NCBI GenBank assembly: GCA_033762295.1
Contig: JANRLW010000070.1
Span: forward strand, 13,371 to 77,370
Source: Capsulimonadales bacterium
GTDB taxonomy: Bacteria > Armatimonadota > Armatimonadia > Armatimonadales > Armatimonadaceae
Direction: 5' to 3'
DNA: 64,000 bases
Shown piece after piece: positions 1-9,736 of this stretch; position 1 is the first letter of the stretch, and the number at the start of each line of letters is the position of its first letter. The position numbers and the translations under genes were made by a program. Below the pieces are notes generated by a model. The model did not search any database. It saw nothing but the letters and a program-made list of their open reading frames with translations, and was not told the DNA's origin.

Positions 1-436
1 CCAGACCGTACGGGTGTTCCGGCCAGTGGGCGCGGTCGCGATGCCATCCCGTCGGTTTCTCGACCTCGCTCGGTTCGGTAATCTGGACCGCCGACTCCTC
101 GAACACGTACTCGCTGCCCATCAGGGCATCGAGCAGTTCGAGAACGGCCGGTGGGCGAAAGGCGACATCGACCGCCGGTTCGGTCAGGAGAAGGTTACAA
201 CCGCAATTGGGGTTCCCCTGAAACCACCAGAGAAACGGGTTCTCGCTCCGATCCCGGTCGATCGCCTCATGGATGGCGCGCACCTCGTCCGGCGAAAGCA
301 GGTTCGGCAGGACGACGTAGCTGTTCTCGCGGAAAAAGTCGAGGCGGTCCTTTGGCGCGGGCGCGTTCGCCTCGTTGGCGACCGTGGTCATGGTGGTCGT
401 GACGGTCGGTTCGACAGGATCGGAAATGGAACTCAT
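1..436 (-). CDS. Phytanoyl-CoA dioxygenase (PhyH)-family Fe/2OG enzyme, 3' end outside window
   Basis: Own translation of minus strand from ATG 436 (GGAG RBS): MSSISDP...FFRENSYVVLPNLLSPDEV...GWHRD; HxD motif typical of PhyH. Confidence 0.75.
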   Translation of the reverse strand, partial: MSSISDPVEPTVTTTMTTVANEANAPAPKDRLDFFRENSYVVLPNLLSPDEVRAIHEAIDRDRSENPFLWWFQGNPNCGCNLLLTEPAVDVAFRPPAVLELLDALMGSEYVFEESAVQITEPSEVEKPTGWHRDRAHWPEHPYGL

Positions 437-518
437 GTCTCCATCCTACCCAATTACCCGCCCGGAAATCCACCGGTCACGGGGCGGGTCTTCCGTGTCC
501 GTACGTACTTCACCCCTG

Positions 519-562
519 CGATACTATCTTTTGACGATACTATCTCGAAATAATAGTATGGT
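519..562 (+). promoter_or_regulatory. higBA promoter/operator
   Basis: TTGACG(531)-17 bp-TAGTAT(554); inverted repeat ATACTAT(537-543)/ATAGTAT(553-559) and direct repeat CGATACTATCT. Confidence 0.55.
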
Positions 563-568
563 GTCATC

Positions 569-830
569 ATGATCGGGTCCTTCAAAGACGCCGAAACGGA
601 ACGAATATTTCGCGGAGAGCAATCAGCAAAGTTCCCTGCGGATATTCAGAACCTGGTACGGCGCAAGTTGAGAATGATCGACGCAGCCACGAGGTTGGAA
701 GACCTTCGAATTCCTCCGGGGAATCGACTGGAAAAACTGCAAGGCGGCCGGGCAGACCAACACAGTATCCGCGTCAATGACCAATAGGGAATCCGCTTCC
801 ACCGGGAAGCCGGGACAAGGAAGGTTCGTT
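569..830 (+). pseudogene. higB: HigB toxin with premature stop
   Basis: MIGSFKDAETERIF...PPGNRLEKLQG..QHSIRVNDQ then TAG (785-787) where the family has W; read-through GIRFHREAG resembles WRICFRWEDG; no C-terminal DYH. Confidence 0.8.
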
Positions 831-836
831 GGAATT

Positions 837-1139
837 ATGGCGCGACTGGAGAACATACACCCGGGTGAGGTGTTGGAGGAAGAATTTTTGATTCCGATGG
901 GTATCACTGCATATAAGCTCGCAAAGAGCATCGATGTGCAGCAAACACAGATAAGTCAGATCATCCATGGCAAGCGTGCCATTACCGCCGCGACAGCATT
1001 GCGGCTTGCGGCCTTCTTTGGCACGTCGGCCCAGTTCTGGCTGAACCTTCAGGCACAGTACGACCTGGAGGAAGCACGGCAAGAGATGGGAGAAGCGCTG
1101 GCCGCCATCCCGCGCCATTCCGTGTTAGCCTCAGCTTAA
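837..1139 (+). CDS. higA: HigA addiction-module antitoxin (HTH)
   Basis: IHPGEVLEEEFLIPMGIT...RAITAATALRLAAFFGTSAQFWLNLQAQYDL. Confidence 0.92.
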   Translation: MARLENIHPGEVLEEEFLIPMGITAYKLAKSIDVQQTQISQIIHGKRAITAATALRLAAFFGTSAQFWLNLQAQYDLEEARQEMGEALAAIPRHSVLASA

Positions 1140-1228
1140 ATACTGACCTGTAGAATTTCTGTTTCCATGTCTTTGAAGGAGCCGGTCGCCGATTGACAGC
1201 GATCGTGCCGGGCCGTTACGATGACCGC

Positions 1229-2158
1229 ATGGACGGATACTTCGATCTACAGGTGAACGGTTATGCGGGTATCGATTTCAATCACGACGATCTGACGGCG
1301 GACGACCTGCGCCGCGTCTGCCGACGTCTGGCGGACGAGGGCGTCGCCGGGATTCTGGCGACCGTGATTACCGAGGAGATCGAAGTCATGGGTCGCCGCC
1401 TGCGCCGCCTGGTCGAACTGTGCGCCACCGACGCCGAAATCGCCGCCGTGATCGCCGGCCTGCATATCGAAGGGCCGTTTTTGAATCCGACCCCCGGTTA
1501 TCGCGGCGCGCACCCGGTCGACGCGATCCGTCCGGCGGAGATCGACGTCATGGCCCGTCTGGTCGAGGCCGGAGGCGGATGGGTCCGTCTGGTAACCCTC
1601 GCGCCGGAGCAGGATGCCGGGTTCGCCGTCACCCGGTGGCTGTCCGACCGGGGGATTGCGGTCGCCGCCGGCCACTGCGACCCGTCGCTCGACGTGCTGG
1701 ACGGCGCGATCGACGCCGGTTTGACTCTGTTCACCCATCTGGGCAACGGCTGTCCGATGACGATGCATCGTCACGACAATGTGATTCAGCGAGTTCTGAG
1801 CCGTAGCGACCGTCTGTTCGTTACCTTTATCGGGGACGGGGTTCATGTCCCGTTTTTCGCCCTGCGGAACTACCTGAACGTCGTGGGTCCGGAACGCGCG
1901 ATTATCGTGACGGATGCCATGGCGGCGGCCGGTCTGGGTCCGGGTCGTTATCAACTGGGTCGCTGGGCGGTCGACGTCGGCGAGGACGGCGCGGCCTGGG
2001 CGCCCGACCGCTCGCATCTGGTCGGCGCGGCGATCACCATGCCCCGGTGCGTCGAAAACCTGCGCACTCGCCTGGGCCTCTCCGAATCCGTCGTCCGTCG
2101 CCTCACCGCCGAAAACCCCGGAACGGTCGTAGGACTCCGGTCCCGGAATGTCGTATAG
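1229..2158 (+). CDS. nagA: N-acetylglucosamine-6-phosphate deacetylase-like amidohydrolase
   Basis: DLQVNG, HIEGPFL, TLAPE, GH, THLGNG, DGVHV motifs. Confidence 0.8.
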   Translation: MDGYFDLQVNGYAGIDFNHDDLTADDLRRVCRRLADEGVAGILATVITEEIEVMGRRLRRLVELCATDAEIAAVIAGLHIEGPFLNPTPGYRGAHPVDAIRPAEIDVMARLVEAGGGWVRLVTLAPEQDAGFAVTRWLSDRGIAVAAGHCDPSLDVLDGAIDAGLTLFTHLGNGCPMTMHRHDNVIQRVLSRSDRLFVTFIGDGVHVPFFALRNYLNVVGPERAIIVTDAMAAAGLGPGRYQLGRWAVDVGEDGAAWAPDRSHLVGAAITMPRCVENLRTRLGLSESVVRRLTAENPGTVVGLRSRNVV

Positions 2159-2246
2159 CCGGGTCTTCGTTTTTGGGTCTTTCCGATCATACGGGAACCA
2201 TCGATCGGCGTTATACTCACATCACCGGGAAAAACGGAGGCGGACG

Positions 2247-3617
2247 ATGGAAGAGCGAGAAATCACCCTGGAGCAGCGGTCGTGGCTGGAGCGAGAGATC
2301 GCGGAGTGGCGGCGGCGCGGGGTCGTGACGGACGAAACGGCAACACGTATTCTCGAACTGTATGTGCCCGCCGCCACAGTCGCCGAACGAAAGGGCGCGA
2401 CGCTGGTCTATGCCCTGATGACCATTGCTGCTCTCCTGACCGGCGTTGCCCTCCTCCTCCTGATCGGCTTCAACTGGGCGGCTATTCCCAATCCTGTTAA
2501 ACTTATACTGCTGTTCGCCATTCTCGGCGGCGTTCAAGGCATCGGATGGCATCTTCGCTACCGAAAAAACGAGCCGCGTCTTGCCGACGTCGCCTTCTTC
2601 CTCGGTTGCTTTATCTATGGCACGAACGTCTGGCTAGTTCAACAGGTGTTTCATGTCAGTGCCCCTGCCACGGTCGGCCTGCTCTGGTGGGCGGCGGGAG
2701 TCCTGCCATTCGTCCTGATCCTGGATCGCCCGGTCTTTCACGCCCTTCTCGTCGGCCTACTCGGTCTGTGGAGCCTGTACTTCGCGCCATTTTTCGGCGG
2801 CGGTTCGGGCGGCTTTCCCTGGCAACACTGGTTGCCGCCTTTGATCGTCCTGTTGCCGGTTGCTCTTCCGGGAATATGGGTTGGTCATCGCAACGAACGC
2901 CCGGATTTGATCCGTTTTTACGTGCCTTTGGTCGTCTGCTGGTCCGTTCTCCCGCTATGGGAGAGCGACGGGTGGACGCTTCCGCCCGTTCTCGGCCTGC
3001 TCGGGACCGTTTTCCTGATGGTTGCCGAATGGCCATCCCTCACCGAACCGATGCGAACACCGTACCGTCGGTACGGCGGACTGCTCGCCGGCGGCGTATT
3101 GCTCCCCCTCGGCTACTACGGATGGCATACCGCGTTTTCCGGGACGGGCGGGTTAAGGACCGGCTCACCAGGAACGGGGATGGTGATCCTGGCCGTCGCC
3201 GCCTCCGCCGTCTTTCTGCTCGTTCATGAGTTCCGGAACGGCAATCGCGCACGTTGGTTCCGCCAGGACTTCTTGTTGCGTTGCTCCCTGGCGATCCTGT
3301 TCGCCGCACAGACCGGACTGGCGTTCCGGCAACCGCCCCACGCCACCGAACTTGCCCTCCTCCTGAGTCTGCTTTCGAACGCGGCAACCCTTGGACTGGC
3401 CGTTTCCCTGATCCGCCGCGGACTTTTGCACGACCGGGGAACCCCCTTCGGTTTCGGAACCGCCTATCTGCTTCTTTGGATCTGCCTGCGGTACTTCGAT
3501 CTCTTCGGCGAAGTCGGAGGAATGCTCGGAGCCGGGTTACTCTTCGCGCTTTGCGCAGGCATCCTGTTCGGAGTGGCATTCCACTGGCGAAACCGAAAAG
3601 GAGTCCACCATGCCTGA
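2247..3617 (+). CDS. DUF2157 multi-pass membrane protein
   Basis: N-terminal WL..EIAEW...G..T....IL..Y, FNWAAIP, many hydrophobic helices; paired with GDYXXLXY gene. Confidence 0.75.
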   Translation: MEEREITLEQRSWLEREIAEWRRRGVVTDETATRILELYVPAATVAERKGATLVYALMTIAALLTGVALLLLIGFNWAAIPNPVKLILLFAILGGVQGIGWHLRYRKNEPRLADVAFFLGCFIYGTNVWLVQQVFHVSAPATVGLLWWAAGVLPFVLILDRPVFHALLVGLLGLWSLYFAPFFGGGSGGFPWQHWLPPLIVLLPVALPGIWVGHRNERPDLIRFYVPLVVCWSVLPLWESDGWTLPPVLGLLGTVFLMVAEWPSLTEPMRTPYRRYGGLLAGGVLLPLGYYGWHTAFSGTGGLRTGSPGTGMVILAVAASAVFLLVHEFRNGNRARWFRQDFLLRCSLAILFAAQTGLAFRQPPHATELALLLSLLSNAATLGLAVSLIRRGLLHDRGTPFGFGTAYLLLWICLRYFDLFGEVGGMLGAGLLFALCAGILFGVAFHWRNRKGVHHA

Positions 3618-4125
3618 TGAGAGGGAGAAACGCGGTCCGCGTCAACTGCTTGCCGCAATCCTGTTCCAGTTCGCGATCCTGTTGATCCTCATCGCCGGTG
3701 CCGCCCGTCCGCTGATGATCGGACAACCGGTTCTTCTGCGCGTGATTCCCGTCGATCCGCGCGATGTGTTCCGGGGAGAGTACGTGACGCTCCGCTACCT
3801 GGGAATCCACGATCGCCCGGTCCCGACAGGAACGGCGTCCGCATCGGTAGGGGGAGAGGCAGTCTACGTTCCGCTGACCCCGGACCCGGACGGGAAACAC
3901 TGGACGCCGGGAGCGCCGGTGTGGGAACGTCCGAAAATCGGACGGTTCCTCCGCGGAACAAGGCAGACGTCCGGGCAGGTACATTACGGCATCGAGTCGT
4001 ATTATTTGCAGAGCGGAACCGGTCGGACCTACGAGGAGGCACTGCGCGACCGACGCCTATCGGCGGAGATCGGGCTGACCTCCGACGGCCAGGGGATCGT
4101 GAAACGTCTGGTCATCAACCCCTGA
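3610..4125 (+). CDS. GDYXXLXY domain protein
   Basis: PVDPRDVFRGEYVTLRY and YGIESYY motifs. Confidence 0.85.
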   Translation: MPDEREKRGPRQLLAAILFQFAILLILIAGAARPLMIGQPVLLRVIPVDPRDVFRGEYVTLRYLGIHDRPVPTGTASASVGGEAVYVPLTPDPDGKHWTPGAPVWERPKIGRFLRGTRQTSGQVHYGIESYYLQSGTGRTYEEALRDRRLSAEIGLTSDGQGIVKRLVINP

Positions 4126-4213
4126 TCCGTTGGGCCGACGGAGGAGCAACGACCGCTCCCTGAAGGAATTTGCCGTTTTCCGAAGCGGAAACGACCGGGG
4201 GTAAATCATCGTC

Positions 4214-5563
4214 ATGAAACGCTACGCCATTGTCGGCCTGGGCAGTCGTTCCTCGCTCTACACTCACGCCCTGCACACCGATTTCCGCGAGTTCGGAACG
4301 CTCGTCGGCTTCTGCGATCCGAACCGCACCCGCATGAACTACTGGAACGCCCACTACGCCCGATCCCTCGGCGTCGAACCCGTTCCCACCTACACCCCGG
4401 CCGATTTTGAAACCATGCTGACCGAACAGGCCGTCGATACGGTCCTCGTGACGAGCATCGACCGGACACACGACGACTACATCCTCCGCGCGATGCGGCA
4501 AGGATGTGATGTCATCACCGAGAAACCGATGACCATCGACGCCCCCCGCTGTCAGCGTATCCTCGACACGATCCGAGAGACCGGGCGACAACTGGTCGTC
4601 ACCTTCAACTACCGCTACGCCCTCCTGCCGACCCGCATCCGGGAAGTGCTGCGGACCGGGGTGATCGGCGACATCCTCTCCGTCCATTTCGAATGGCTTC
4701 TCGATACCCGACACGGAGCCGACTACTTCCGACGCTGGCACCGCGACAAACGCAACTCCGGCGGCCTCATGGTCCACAAGGCGACCCACCACTTCGATGT
4801 CGTCAACTGGTGGCTCGGCTCCTATCCCGAAACCGTCTACGGCATCGGGCAACTGGCGTTCTACGGACGGGAAAACGCCGAAAAACGGGGCGTGACCGCG
4901 TTCTACGAACGGGCAAAAGGTAGCGAGGCGGCCAGAGACGACCCGTTCGCCCTGCATCTCGACCGGCATACCCGACTGACCGCCCTCTACGGCGACGCCG
5001 AGCACGAGGACGGCTACGTCCGCGATCGGAGCGTCTTCGCCGACGGCATCTCCATCGAGGACGATATGGCGGTCCTGGTCCGCTACGCCTCCGGTGCGAC
5101 CATGACCTATCACCTGACCGCCTACTCGCCCTGGGAAGGGTGGCGCATCGCGTTCAACGGAACGAAAGGCCGCCTGGAAGCGGAGATGCACCAGAATTCC
5201 TATATCAGCGGCGGGTCGGGCGACCCGAACACCCCGAACACCCCGAACACCCCGAACGCACGGACCGTCCCGTGGGCAAAGGAGGCCGATCTGCGCGAGG
5301 AAGCCTTCATCCGTGTCCGCCCCCACTGGGAGAAACCGTTCGATGTCGAGGTGCCGACCGCGACCGGCGGGCATGGCGGCGGGGACGAACGACTGTTGCG
5401 CGACCTGTTTCTGCCGGAACGCGAACCCGATCCGCTCGGACGCGCCGCCGGACCGATCGATGGCGCGTACTCCCTCCTGACCGGAATCGCCGCCAACCGA
5501 TCGTTTGCCACGGGACTGCCCGTGCGCATCGCCGACCTCGTCCGATTCCAATCCCGATTCTGA
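4214..5563 (+). CDS. Gfo/Idh/MocA family oxidoreductase
   Basis: YAIVGLGSR, EKPMT, FNYRY, HKATHHFD, GHGGGD. Confidence 0.9.
   Translation: MKRYAIVGLGSRSSLYTHALHTDFREFGTLVGFCDPNRTRMNYWNAHYARSLGVEPVPTYTPADFETMLTEQAVDTVLVTSIDRTHDDYILRAMRQGCDVITEKPMTIDAPRCQRILDTIRETGRQLVVTFNYRYALLPTRIREVLRTGVIGDILSVHFEWLLDTRHGADYFRRWHRDKRNSGGLMVHKATHHFDVVNWWLGSYPETVYGIGQLAFYGRENAEKRGVTAFYERAKGSEAARDDPFALHLDRHTRLTALYGDAEHEDGYVRDRSVFADGISIEDDMAVLVRYASGATMTYHLTAYSPWEGWRIAFNGTKGRLEAEMHQNSYISGGSGDPNTPNTPNTPNARTVPWAKEADLREEAFIRVRPHWEKPFDVEVPTATGGHGGGDERLLRDLFLPEREPDPLGRAAGPIDGAYSLLTGIAANRSFATGLPVRIADLVRFQSRF
5224..5257 (+). repeat. In-frame 9-bp tandem repeat (CCCGAACAC, PNT x3-4)
   Basis: cccgaacac cccgaacac cccgaacac cccgaac. 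Confidence 0.85.
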
Positions 5564-5712
5564 TCCCTTCCGATGCCGCTCGCGATTGCCAAGATTCGGG
5601 CGTTTCGTATATGATGGACCCCGGGAAGGGGGCATCGCCGGAAAAAGGCGAAGCGGGAACCTTCCCGGGGTTCAAGAACGAACCGACACACTTATTGTTT
5701 GGGGAGGGGCCA

Positions 5713-7539
5713 ATGCGGAAATCGCGACGATCTTTTGCCATCATCGGCGGGGCAACGGGCCTTGCCGCACTCGTCGGCGGGTGCGGTTCCGGTTCAGGGA
5801 ATCTGGCGGATTTGAACACGCCCGTGTTTCGCGGACGAGAATTCATCGTTCTGGGCGTGCCGGCGGTCGATCCCGTGACGTCCGAACCGCTCGAGTTTAC
5901 GCATGTAAACCCGGCGGCGCCGGACGGTGGGGACGGCACCGCTTTCCGGCCGTTCAAAACGGTCGCGGCCGCCGCCGCGGTCACCAAACCGGGCGGAATC
6001 ATCTATGTCCGAAGCGATGCGGCCGGGAGACTGCCCGGATTTGTCGTGCCAGCCGGCGTCAAGGTCCTTTCGGCCGGAATAGCCCAGAGCGTCGACGTCA
6101 GGGGCCGGGGAGCCGTCGCCCTTCCGTTCTCTGCAAACGGCGTCCGCCCCGTGGTGACCGGCACCGTGACTCTCAGCAGAGACACCAGGCTGTCCGGTTT
6201 CGATATCACCCCGTCGACCGGCGCCGGAATCGTGGGAGTGAATGTCACCGGCAATGTCGAGATCGCCGATAACATCGTCCGCCGGGCCGGAGCCGGCAAC
6301 AGCGCCATCTTCGTGTCCAATACGAGCGGCGACGCCACACTGCGAATCGCGAATAATTCGGTCTCCGGCGGCAATGACAGCGGAATTCAGGTAAAGAGCG
6401 ACGGCACCGCCGTGATTAACGCGACCGTGACCGGGAATACCTCGACCAATAACCTCGGATCGGGTATCTTCTTCTATCTGTTCCGGGGGCGCGTGACGGC
6501 AACCATCTCCGGGAACAACACCCGCGAAAACCGGGCGCGTGAGCCTCAGGAGGCAGGTATCCGCTTCGGAGTGTTCAATGACGCGGTCGGTAATCTGACC
6601 CTCACCAACAATACGTCCACCAACAACGTCGCCAACGGGTTCTTTGTCGGCACGCAGGGGACGAGCCGGACCCAGGTGGCCGTCTCCGGAAACACGTCGA
6701 CCGGCAATACGGGCAACGGCCTTTTCGTCGGAGCGAATGAGAATGCCGCCGCGACCGGAACGATCGAAAGCAACACCGTCAGCAACAACCGGATCAATAC
6801 CGCCTTTTCGCCCTTCCCGACCGGCAACGGTATCTTTGTCGGGGCGCAGGTGAATGCCAGCGCCGACATCACGGTGCGAAACAACACGACCGCCGGTAAT
6901 GGCGACATCGGCATTTTCTGCTTCACGGCGAACAACGGCAAGGAGACCGTCAACGTCCTCAACAATACGTCGACCGGCAATACGCGAAACGGTATCGAAA
7001 TCAACGCCGGTTTGAACGGCGGTCCCGGCGTTCCGGCGGCGCCCGGCGACCGACCGGAAGCGACCGCCGTCGTGTCCGGTAACATCATCACCGGAAACCT
7101 CGGTATCGGTCCGCCGCTCGGCGGCGGCGGCCTGTTCGTCCTGGGCTTCAACCGGGCGGTCCTGCGCGTCACTGCGCAGAACAATCGGATCGAGGGCAAC
7201 GCGACGTCCGCGGGCGCGTTCGGCGGAATGGCCGTCGTCAGCGTTCAGAACGCTCAGGTACTTGCGACGGTTCGGTCCAATACCTTCACCGGAAACCGGG
7301 GAGCCAATCCGGGCTTCACCGCCCTGGCCGGAGTGCCGCCGACCGTACTGGGGGGAACCCTGGCCGGTCCCTCCTCCATCGCTCTGCGCCTGACCGGCAA
7401 CGCGTCGGACAACGGCTACGCGCTGGTTCGCTCGCCCGGCACGACCCTGGCGGCGGAGACCACCGGCAATACCGGGGGACCCGTCGTCGTTCCCGCACTG
7501 CCCGTGGAACCTCTCGGCAGCATCGTCCTGCCCGACTAG
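5713..7539 (+). CDS. Right-handed parallel beta-helix lipoprotein
   Basis: Signal MRKSRRSFAII...VGGC lipobox; GDGTAFRPFKT (DUF1565-like); repeated xGNTSTxN..GI units. Confidence 0.75.
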   Translation: MRKSRRSFAIIGGATGLAALVGGCGSGSGNLADLNTPVFRGREFIVLGVPAVDPVTSEPLEFTHVNPAAPDGGDGTAFRPFKTVAAAAAVTKPGGIIYVRSDAAGRLPGFVVPAGVKVLSAGIAQSVDVRGRGAVALPFSANGVRPVVTGTVTLSRDTRLSGFDITPSTGAGIVGVNVTGNVEIADNIVRRAGAGNSAIFVSNTSGDATLRIANNSVSGGNDSGIQVKSDGTAVINATVTGNTSTNNLGSGIFFYLFRGRVTATISGNNTRENRAREPQEAGIRFGVFNDAVGNLTLTNNTSTNNVANGFFVGTQGTSRTQVAVSGNTSTGNTGNGLFVGANENAAATGTIESNTVSNNRINTAFSPFPTGNGIFVGAQVNASADITVRNNTTAGNGDIGIFCFTANNGKETVNVLNNTSTGNTRNGIEINAGLNGGPGVPAAPGDRPEATAVVSGNIITGNLGIGPPLGGGGLFVLGFNRAVLRVTAQNNRIEGNATSAGAFGGMAVVSVQNAQVLATVRSNTFTGNRGANPGFTALAGVPPTVLGGTLAGPSSIALRLTGNASDNGYALVRSPGTTLAAETTGNTGGPVVVPALPVEPLGSIVLPD

Positions 7540-7548
7540 GAAAACCCC

Positions 7549-7584
7549 GGACGGCAGACCGATCCCCCGATCGGTCTGCCGTCC
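7549..7584. terminator. Perfect 16-bp hairpin between convergent genes
   Basis: GGACGGCAGACCGATC-CCCC-GATCGGTCTGCCGTCC. Confidence 0.75.
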
Positions 7585-7593
7585 TCCCCGCAC

Positions 7594-9654
7594 TCAGCCC
7601 AGATGGTCGGCCAGATAACGATGGTACAGTTCGCACCGGAACCGGATCGCGCCGTCCCGCTTGCGGACGATTACCCCGGCGGACATCAGGCGATCGAACG
7701 AAACCGTGTCGGTTACCGTCGCCGTGCCGTTCAAAACCTGGCGCACGAACGCCCGGACCGTGGGCAATTCCGTAATCCCCAGCATCAGTCGCTGCAGATG
7801 GTCGTGGAACGGCCCGTCGTCCCGTATGGCGTCCTGTAGCAGCGCGGCGCAGGTGAACGTACCGGTCGCGACGCTATCCAGAGCACGACGCGAGAGAAAC
7901 GGCTGACCGGAGAGAAGCCCGTAGACCTGCTCCTCCTCGAACGACGACAGCGGGTTGCCGTAACGATGGTTCAGCAGGTGAAACTGTTCCGGATCGAAAT
8001 CGACGAGTTCCAGCTTTCTGCCGACGTTAAACGGCGACTGGTTCAGGTCCCGAATGAACAGGCGCGCTTCCGTCGCATAGGCGATGATCAGGGTGAGCCG
8101 GTCCCAGGGACCGTCGGGCCGGTTGGCACGGGAGTTGTGGAAGGAACGGATCAAACCGTAAAAATCGGAGGCGAATGTCGCCGGAAAGACCTTATCCGCT
8201 TCATCCAGGCACCAGACCAGCGGCGTGTCGGCCGAGTTTACCAGCGACTCCAGGAAATAGTTCAGATTTTCGTTGGGCGCGAGAAAGTCGTCCCATTCCT
8301 GTTCGAAGTCGTAACGAAACCCCTGCTGTTTGGCCATTGTGGCGGCCAGACCCCGATAGAAACGTTTCTCGTCGGCCAGGTAGGACGCATTCACCTGTTG
8401 GAAATCTGTCTGCAGAACGCGCGCGCCCGCGGCCCGCGCCTGCTGAGCCGCCCTCGCCAGCAGACTGGTCTTCCCGACCTGACGCGGCCCCGGAATCAGA
8501 ATGATGCTTTCACGGGCGTCCACCGCGGCGGTCAACAGAGTGTCGCACGGACGGGAAATATAGAACGCAGAGTTCAGCGGAACCGCGCCCCCGACCGGTT
8601 CCAGACGGGTCGCCTCCACCGGACGCAGGGGACCGCGAATCGCCGAAACGATCTCCGCGACGATCCGGTAATCGTCCTCGGAGGAGTTCCGGACCAGCGT
8701 CGGCAGATCGTGCAGCCAGCGGGTGACCTCGTCGTCCGCGTCAGGCAGTTCCTCGGTAAGCCCGACCAGCAACGGGAGAATAGCCGGTCGGCCCGTGTCA
8801 TCGAAAAACTCCCGGGCCTGCTCCAGTTCCCAGGGAAGCATCTCACTGCGGCGGCTTTCCGGTGAGACGACCGCAATCACCGCCTTTGCTGTTCGAATTC
8901 GCTCGCGCATCTCCTCGGCCCAGCCGGGCCGGAAGCACCGGTTGCGATCACGGAAGACGTGAAACCCCTGCTCCTCCAGAGAACGTTCGATAAAACGCAG
9001 TATCTCTTCGTCCCTTTTCCCGCCCCGACGACAGAGCAGCACCACGGTCGGCGAATCGGATTCGGAAACAAGATCGGACGCATTGATGGAAGGATGGACC
9101 CCTCCCCAGTGCGCCGGAATGGTCCGACTGCCGATCCGCATTCCCGCTTCCTCCGTCACCAGGGTGAACAGAGTCAGTTCCAATCCATGTTTGGCGATAC
9201 GCTGGCCGAGCGGGAAAAGGAGATTCCGCCAGTGATCGGACTGCCGAAGCCAGTTGGCATGCTGTTCCGAAAGCAGTATATGTCCGGCATCCCCCTGGTC
9301 CATGACGCGTTTGGCGGTATTGATTCCCTCGCCCACCACGTTCCGCTTCCCCGAAATATCGTTCAGGATATGCACCAGGCCGCTATGGAGGCCGATGCGG
9401 AGGGGGATGGCCCCGGCAATCCTCCGGGTCAATTCGATCGCACAGCGAACGGGCGCCGTGACGTCGTCCTGAAAGACGAGCGCCATTCCGTCTCCGGAGG
9501 GAACGGGAAGAACGCTTTCGGCCACCCGCGCCTCCACGAAAACGGGCAGTTGATCGACGGTTTCCGTCAGCAGCCCGAAGATGCGCGATTGCTCTTCCAG
9601 CGAAACCGTGCTGTAACCGACGATATCGACGAACAGAATGTGGGCGATCCTCAT
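7594..9654 (-). CDS. Class III nucleotide cyclase - TIR - AAA_35 (STAND-like) ATPase fusion
   Basis: LFVDIVGYS, SGDGM, RIGLHSG, GEGINTAKRV (cyclase); GFHVFRD..PGWAEEM...VVSPES..SE..WELE (TIR); GPRQVGKTS, LDEAD, SPFNVG (AAA_35); start uncertain. Confidence 0.82.
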   Translation of the reverse strand: MRIAHILFVDIVGYSTVSLEEQSRIFGLLTETVDQLPVFVEARVAESVLPVPSGDGMALVFQDDVTAPVRCAIELTRRIAGAIPLRIGLHSGLVHILNDISGKRNVVGEGINTAKRVMDQGDAGHILLSEQHANWLRQSDHWRNLLFPLGQRIAKHGLELTLFTLVTEEAGMRIGSRTIPAHWGGVHPSINASDLVSESDSPTVVLLCRRGGKRDEEILRFIERSLEEQGFHVFRDRNRCFRPGWAEEMRERIRTAKAVIAVVSPESRRSEMLPWELEQAREFFDDTGRPAILPLLVGLTEELPDADDEVTRWLHDLPTLVRNSSEDDYRIVAEIVSAIRGPLRPVEATRLEPVGGAVPLNSAFYISRPCDTLLTAAVDARESIILIPGPRQVGKTSLLARAAQQARAAGARVLQTDFQQVNASYLADEKRFYRGLAATMAKQQGFRYDFEQEWDDFLAPNENLNYFLESLVNSADTPLVWCLDEADKVFPATFASDFYGLIRSFHNSRANRPDGPWDRLTLIIAYATEARLFIRDLNQSPFNVGRKLELVDFDPEQFHLLNHRYGNPLSSFEEEQVYGLLSGQPFLSRRALDSVATGTFTCAALLQDAIRDDGPFHDHLQRLMLGITELPTVRAFVRQVLNGTATVTDTVSFDRLMSAGVIVRKRDGAIRFRCELYHRYLADHLG

Positions 9655-9655
9655 A

Positions 9656-9703
9656 GGTTTGGTCAATGGTTTGGTTAATGGTTGGGTTAATGGTTGGGTC
9701 AAG
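9656..9703 (-). repeat. 12-bp tandem repeat x4
   Basis: Minus strand ttgacccaacca ttaacccaacca ttaaccaaacca ttgaccaaacct. Confidence 0.8.
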
Positions 9704-9736
9704 GATTGGATGAAAGTTGGTGAATGCGGTGTTCTT

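Noticed and set aside
785..787. Pyrrolysine or amber read-through in higB
   Set aside because: Downstream codons are also degenerate and no pyl machinery is visible; simple decay is more likely
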